A stretch of DNA of 64,000 nucleotides, taken from assembly GCF_032444005.1 (NCBI RefSeq), contig NC_091282.1, positions 681,008,001 through 681,072,000 of the forward strand, read 5' to 3'. Below the pieces are notes generated by a model. That model saw only the letters and a list, made by a program, of their open reading frames with translations. It was not told the DNA's origin and ran no database searches. The translations under genes were made by a program, and so were the position numbers. Within the stretch, counting starts at the first letter, position 1. Each line of letters begins with the position of its first letter. This document shows positions 62,224-64,000 of the stretch, piece after piece. The DNA comes from Ranitomeya imitator. Lineage: Eukaryota.

Positions 62224-64000
62224 GTACTCTCTCTTGGGGAGCGCGGCGCTGCAGCCTGCTCTCTCTGTGGCGCGCTGTCCCCTCTGTCTCGCGCGCTCTG
62301 CTCTCCCGCTCTTTTCTGACCACACCCCTCTCTCTTCCTCTCTGCCCCCAGCAGTCACATGGTCCCCTCTGTCCAGGGCAGAAAGTCCTCCCCCCAACAA
62401 CCCAGCTGTCCGACAAAGTGGTTCCAGGTAAGCAGCAGGGAAAGCAACCTCCTTATACAACAACTAGTCTAATGACATACTGCCACTGGCAGGTGTTTTA
62501 GATGTCTTAAATTATAAAAATGGTCCAAAAGTTATCCCTTCTTGGGGGCAGATGCCTGCCTTGCTGTTTACACACAATTGCTGCAAAAAGAAACAGTGGT
62601 GAATTTTTCACAAGGAGTGGTGAAAAAATGATTCCTGTTTGGTGAGTACCAAGAGCTTTTTTAATTGCTGACTGTAGCTTTTTCACAAGCAGTTCAAAAA
62701 TTATCCCTTTATTTAGGAGCAGAAAAAGGTGTGATGTTTTGAAAGTAAAGAAGCAATGGCTTCTCAACTATGAGTCAACTCAAAAACATTCCCCTTTTTT
62801 TGTATTTGCAACAGGTTCGGTATTCTCAAAAAATATTAACATATTTAAAAGCATTTTATCAAGCTGTCCAAAAATTATCCCTTTATTGATCAAGCAGGAA
62901 AAAGATAGCTATTTTTAAAAGTGAAGAAGCAATGACTTGCCATACAAAAAAATATCACTATTTTGGGAGCAATTTAATGTTTGATTAGCCTCAAGAGCAG
63001 CATCCCAATACAGCTTCAGTGGCAGCAACTGCACAGTATAGAATGGTATTTTGACAGGCAAGGAGATATCTGGAAGGGTAGGGTCAGAAACATAAGTCTC
63101 AACAGTAGTAGTACATTAGAGCACTATCTATAAAACAGTGTTCAGCCAGGAGATGTGTGGTTCTGCAGTGGTAGTGGCAGAAGCTACATTGGAGAAAAAT
63201 ATGATGGGGCAGGCAAGGAGATATTTGACATTGTGGGGGAAGCAACAGAAATCCGAGTAGCAGCAGTACAGTATAGCACTATAAAACACAGTGGGCAGCC
63301 AGATGTGTGGTTGTGTAGTGGTATAAGATGCACAAAAGAAAGTTAGGAGGTGGCAGGCAAAGATATGCTTGACAGTGCAAGACCAGCAACAGCATCCCTG
63401 GTATCATGACTATAGGAAGCCATAGGCTCAAAAAAGCTTCCTTGGCAGACTTGTTACAAGCTACTCCGTTTGGCAGTTTCCAGTCTGACGGAGTGATCCT
63501 AAAGCAGAAGGGTTCAACAAGCAGGGTCAAAGCAAGAGGTCATGTCAATGACAAAATCGTAAATGTGCAAGCGGGTAAGCAAAAGTCAAGCAGAGGTCAA
63601 AGAACAGGAATAATCAGACCAGCAAACAGAAGCAGTATACACCAGGACAGCAGTACACACCAGTACACATAGGCGGACATACCGCATGTGCAGCCTGTGT
63701 GGCTGCACTGGGGCCCGGAAGTGAAGGAGGGGGGGGGGGGCCTTGCAGGGTGGCTAATAATGAGGGGGAGGAGGAAATGATGGCTTTTGTTGAAAGGGCA
63801 AGGATTGGGATGGTGGGGGAGGAGGAAATGATGGATGTGGCGGAAAGGGCAATGATGGGGTGGTGGGGAGGAGGAAATGATGGAGATGGTGTAATGGGCA
63901 ATGATGGGGTGGGGGGAGAAGGCAATGATGGAGAAGGTGGAATGGGCAAAGGTGGTGGTGGGGAATAATGCGATGATGGTGATGGGGAGGAGGAAATTAT

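Overview
Eukaryotic, repeat-saturated DNA. The transposon mix is typical of a large-genome anuran amphibian, which is my inference and was not searched. I cannot support any host protein-coding gene. The window holds three full-length Ty3/Gypsy chromoviruses: A at 1708-7676 (-), B at 24578-30102 (+, gag deleted) and C at 56465-62223 (-, intact and very young). It also holds a decayed Gypsy, two solo LTRs, an intact Tc1 DD34E transposon, several Tc1/hAT relics, many MITEs, a 2.4-kb foldback element, two Helitron families in head-to-tail tandems and several minisatellites. Two RNA-level systems stand out. (1) Six loci carry seven minimal type I hammerhead-ribozyme-like motifs, mostly in small Penelope-like insertions, with Watson-Crick swaps at core positions 3-8. 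One locus is a 374-bp palindrome with a hammerhead in each arm. (2) All three Gypsy elements show a tRNA-independent, Tf1-like self-priming design, with compensatory changes between B and C. All coordinates and counts were read by eye.
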